From an uncultured archaeon (GTDB taxonomy: Archaea; Asgardarchaeota; Lokiarchaeia; Sigyniarchaeales; SOKP01): a stretch of DNA of 15,886 nt. The stretch covers positions 1 to 15,886 of the forward strand of contig CAZALK010000033.1 in NCBI GenBank assembly GCA_964486045.1, in the 5' to 3' direction. Below the pieces are notes generated by a model. That model saw only the letters and a list, made by a program, of their open reading frames with translations. It was not told where the DNA came from and made no database searches. The position numbers and the translations under genes are program-made. Each line of letters begins with the position of its first letter. Position 1 is the stretch's first letter. Shown piece by piece: positions 15,235 to 15,886 of this stretch.

Positions 15235-15886
15235 ATGCCTGATAGACAAAAATCAGAACAAGAGCGGATAAATCAACTTATTGGGGAGATTTCACGCCAT
15301 CGCTATCTCTATTATAATGAACAACCAGAAATCTCAGACGCAAAATATGACTCCCTTGAAGATGAGCTTCGAGAAACCGATCCTGAGAATCCTTTACTAT
15401 TTAAAATTGGTATAGATTCCTCAGAGCTATTCACTAAAAGGGCCCATATCATTCCAATGATGTCACAAGATAAGGTTACTCAACCTCAGGAATTTCTTAA
15501 GTGGGCCAAAAAACGCAATTATAAGACCTTTCTCGTTCAATTTAAGCTGGATGGGGTTAGCATCGAATTACAATATGAGAACGGAATTTTTCAGTATGCT
15601 TTAACTCGGGGTGATGGAAAGATCGGGGATGATGTTTCTGCCAACGTTACTCGGATGGATGGGTATATTTCTAAACTCAAGAGCAATTTTATAGGAGCAA
15701 TTCGCGGGGAGGTGTTACTATTTCATGAAATTTTTAACAAAAAATATAGTGATAAACAGAATTGCAGAAATGCGGCTTCAGGTCTTGTCAGGAGAAAAGA
15801 TGGGATCGGCAGTGGTGATTTAAACCTCATATTTTATGATGCAATCAGCACTTCTGAGGATGTCATCTTCCAAAACGAAATTCAAA
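15235..15886 (+). CDS. ligA: NAD-dependent DNA ligase, 5' part (runs off the window; absent from the ORF track)
   Basis: Manual translation: MPDRQKSEQERINQLIGEISRHRYLYYNEQPEISDAKYDSL...HIIPMMSQDK...FKLDGVSIELQYENG...ALTRGDGKIGDDVSAN...IRGEV...NCRNAASG. This has the domain Ia YY..ISD..YD motif and the KxDG adenylation motif. GGTGA SD at 15222-15226. Confidence 0.95.
   Translation, partial: MPDRQKSEQERINQLIGEISRHRYLYYNEQPEISDAKYDSLEDELRETDPENPLLFKIGIDSSELFTKRAHIIPMMSQDKVTQPQEFLKWAKKRNYKTFLVQFKLDGVSIELQYENGIFQYALTRGDGKIGDDVSANVTRMDGYISKLKSNFIGAIRGEVLLFHEIFNKKYSDKQNCRNAASGLVRRKDGIGSGDLNLIFYDAISTSEDVIFQNEIQ

Overview
AT-rich window that is very probably from an Asgard archaeon (Lokiarchaeia-like). 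Support: archaeal GGTGA/GGAGGT ribosome-binding sites, TATA boxes, a Loki-CTERM-like membrane tail, and three copies of an uncharacterised ~155-aa domain (core F-x-[GA]-H-[CS]-SNLQ-x-W-x-E-xx-YDTR[LI]L-x-S[ND]L-x-FPL) that I recall as expanded in Lokiarchaeia. The left part encodes repeat proteins: an LRR protein, a domain-X+WD40 protein, and a membrane+domain-X+TPR gene split by one in-frame TAG. The middle has an ERCC4/XPF-type nuclease, a PD-(D/E)xK nuclease, a long AT-rich hairpin and a cluster of very small, often Cys-rich ORFs, several below the ORF-track cutoff. The right part has a secreted glycoprotein and a wHTH regulator preceded by three TCTAGA palindromes spaced exactly 22 bp apart. 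Divergent from the regulator are an internally duplicated protein with a probable ATT start, a third domain-X protein and the 5' part of an NAD-dependent DNA ligase (ligA). A recurrent pyrimidine-rich TTTTTC-TTTAWA motif precedes many genes. I saw no rRNA, tRNA, CRISPR array, transposase or integrase. All family calls come from motif recognition; no database search was run.
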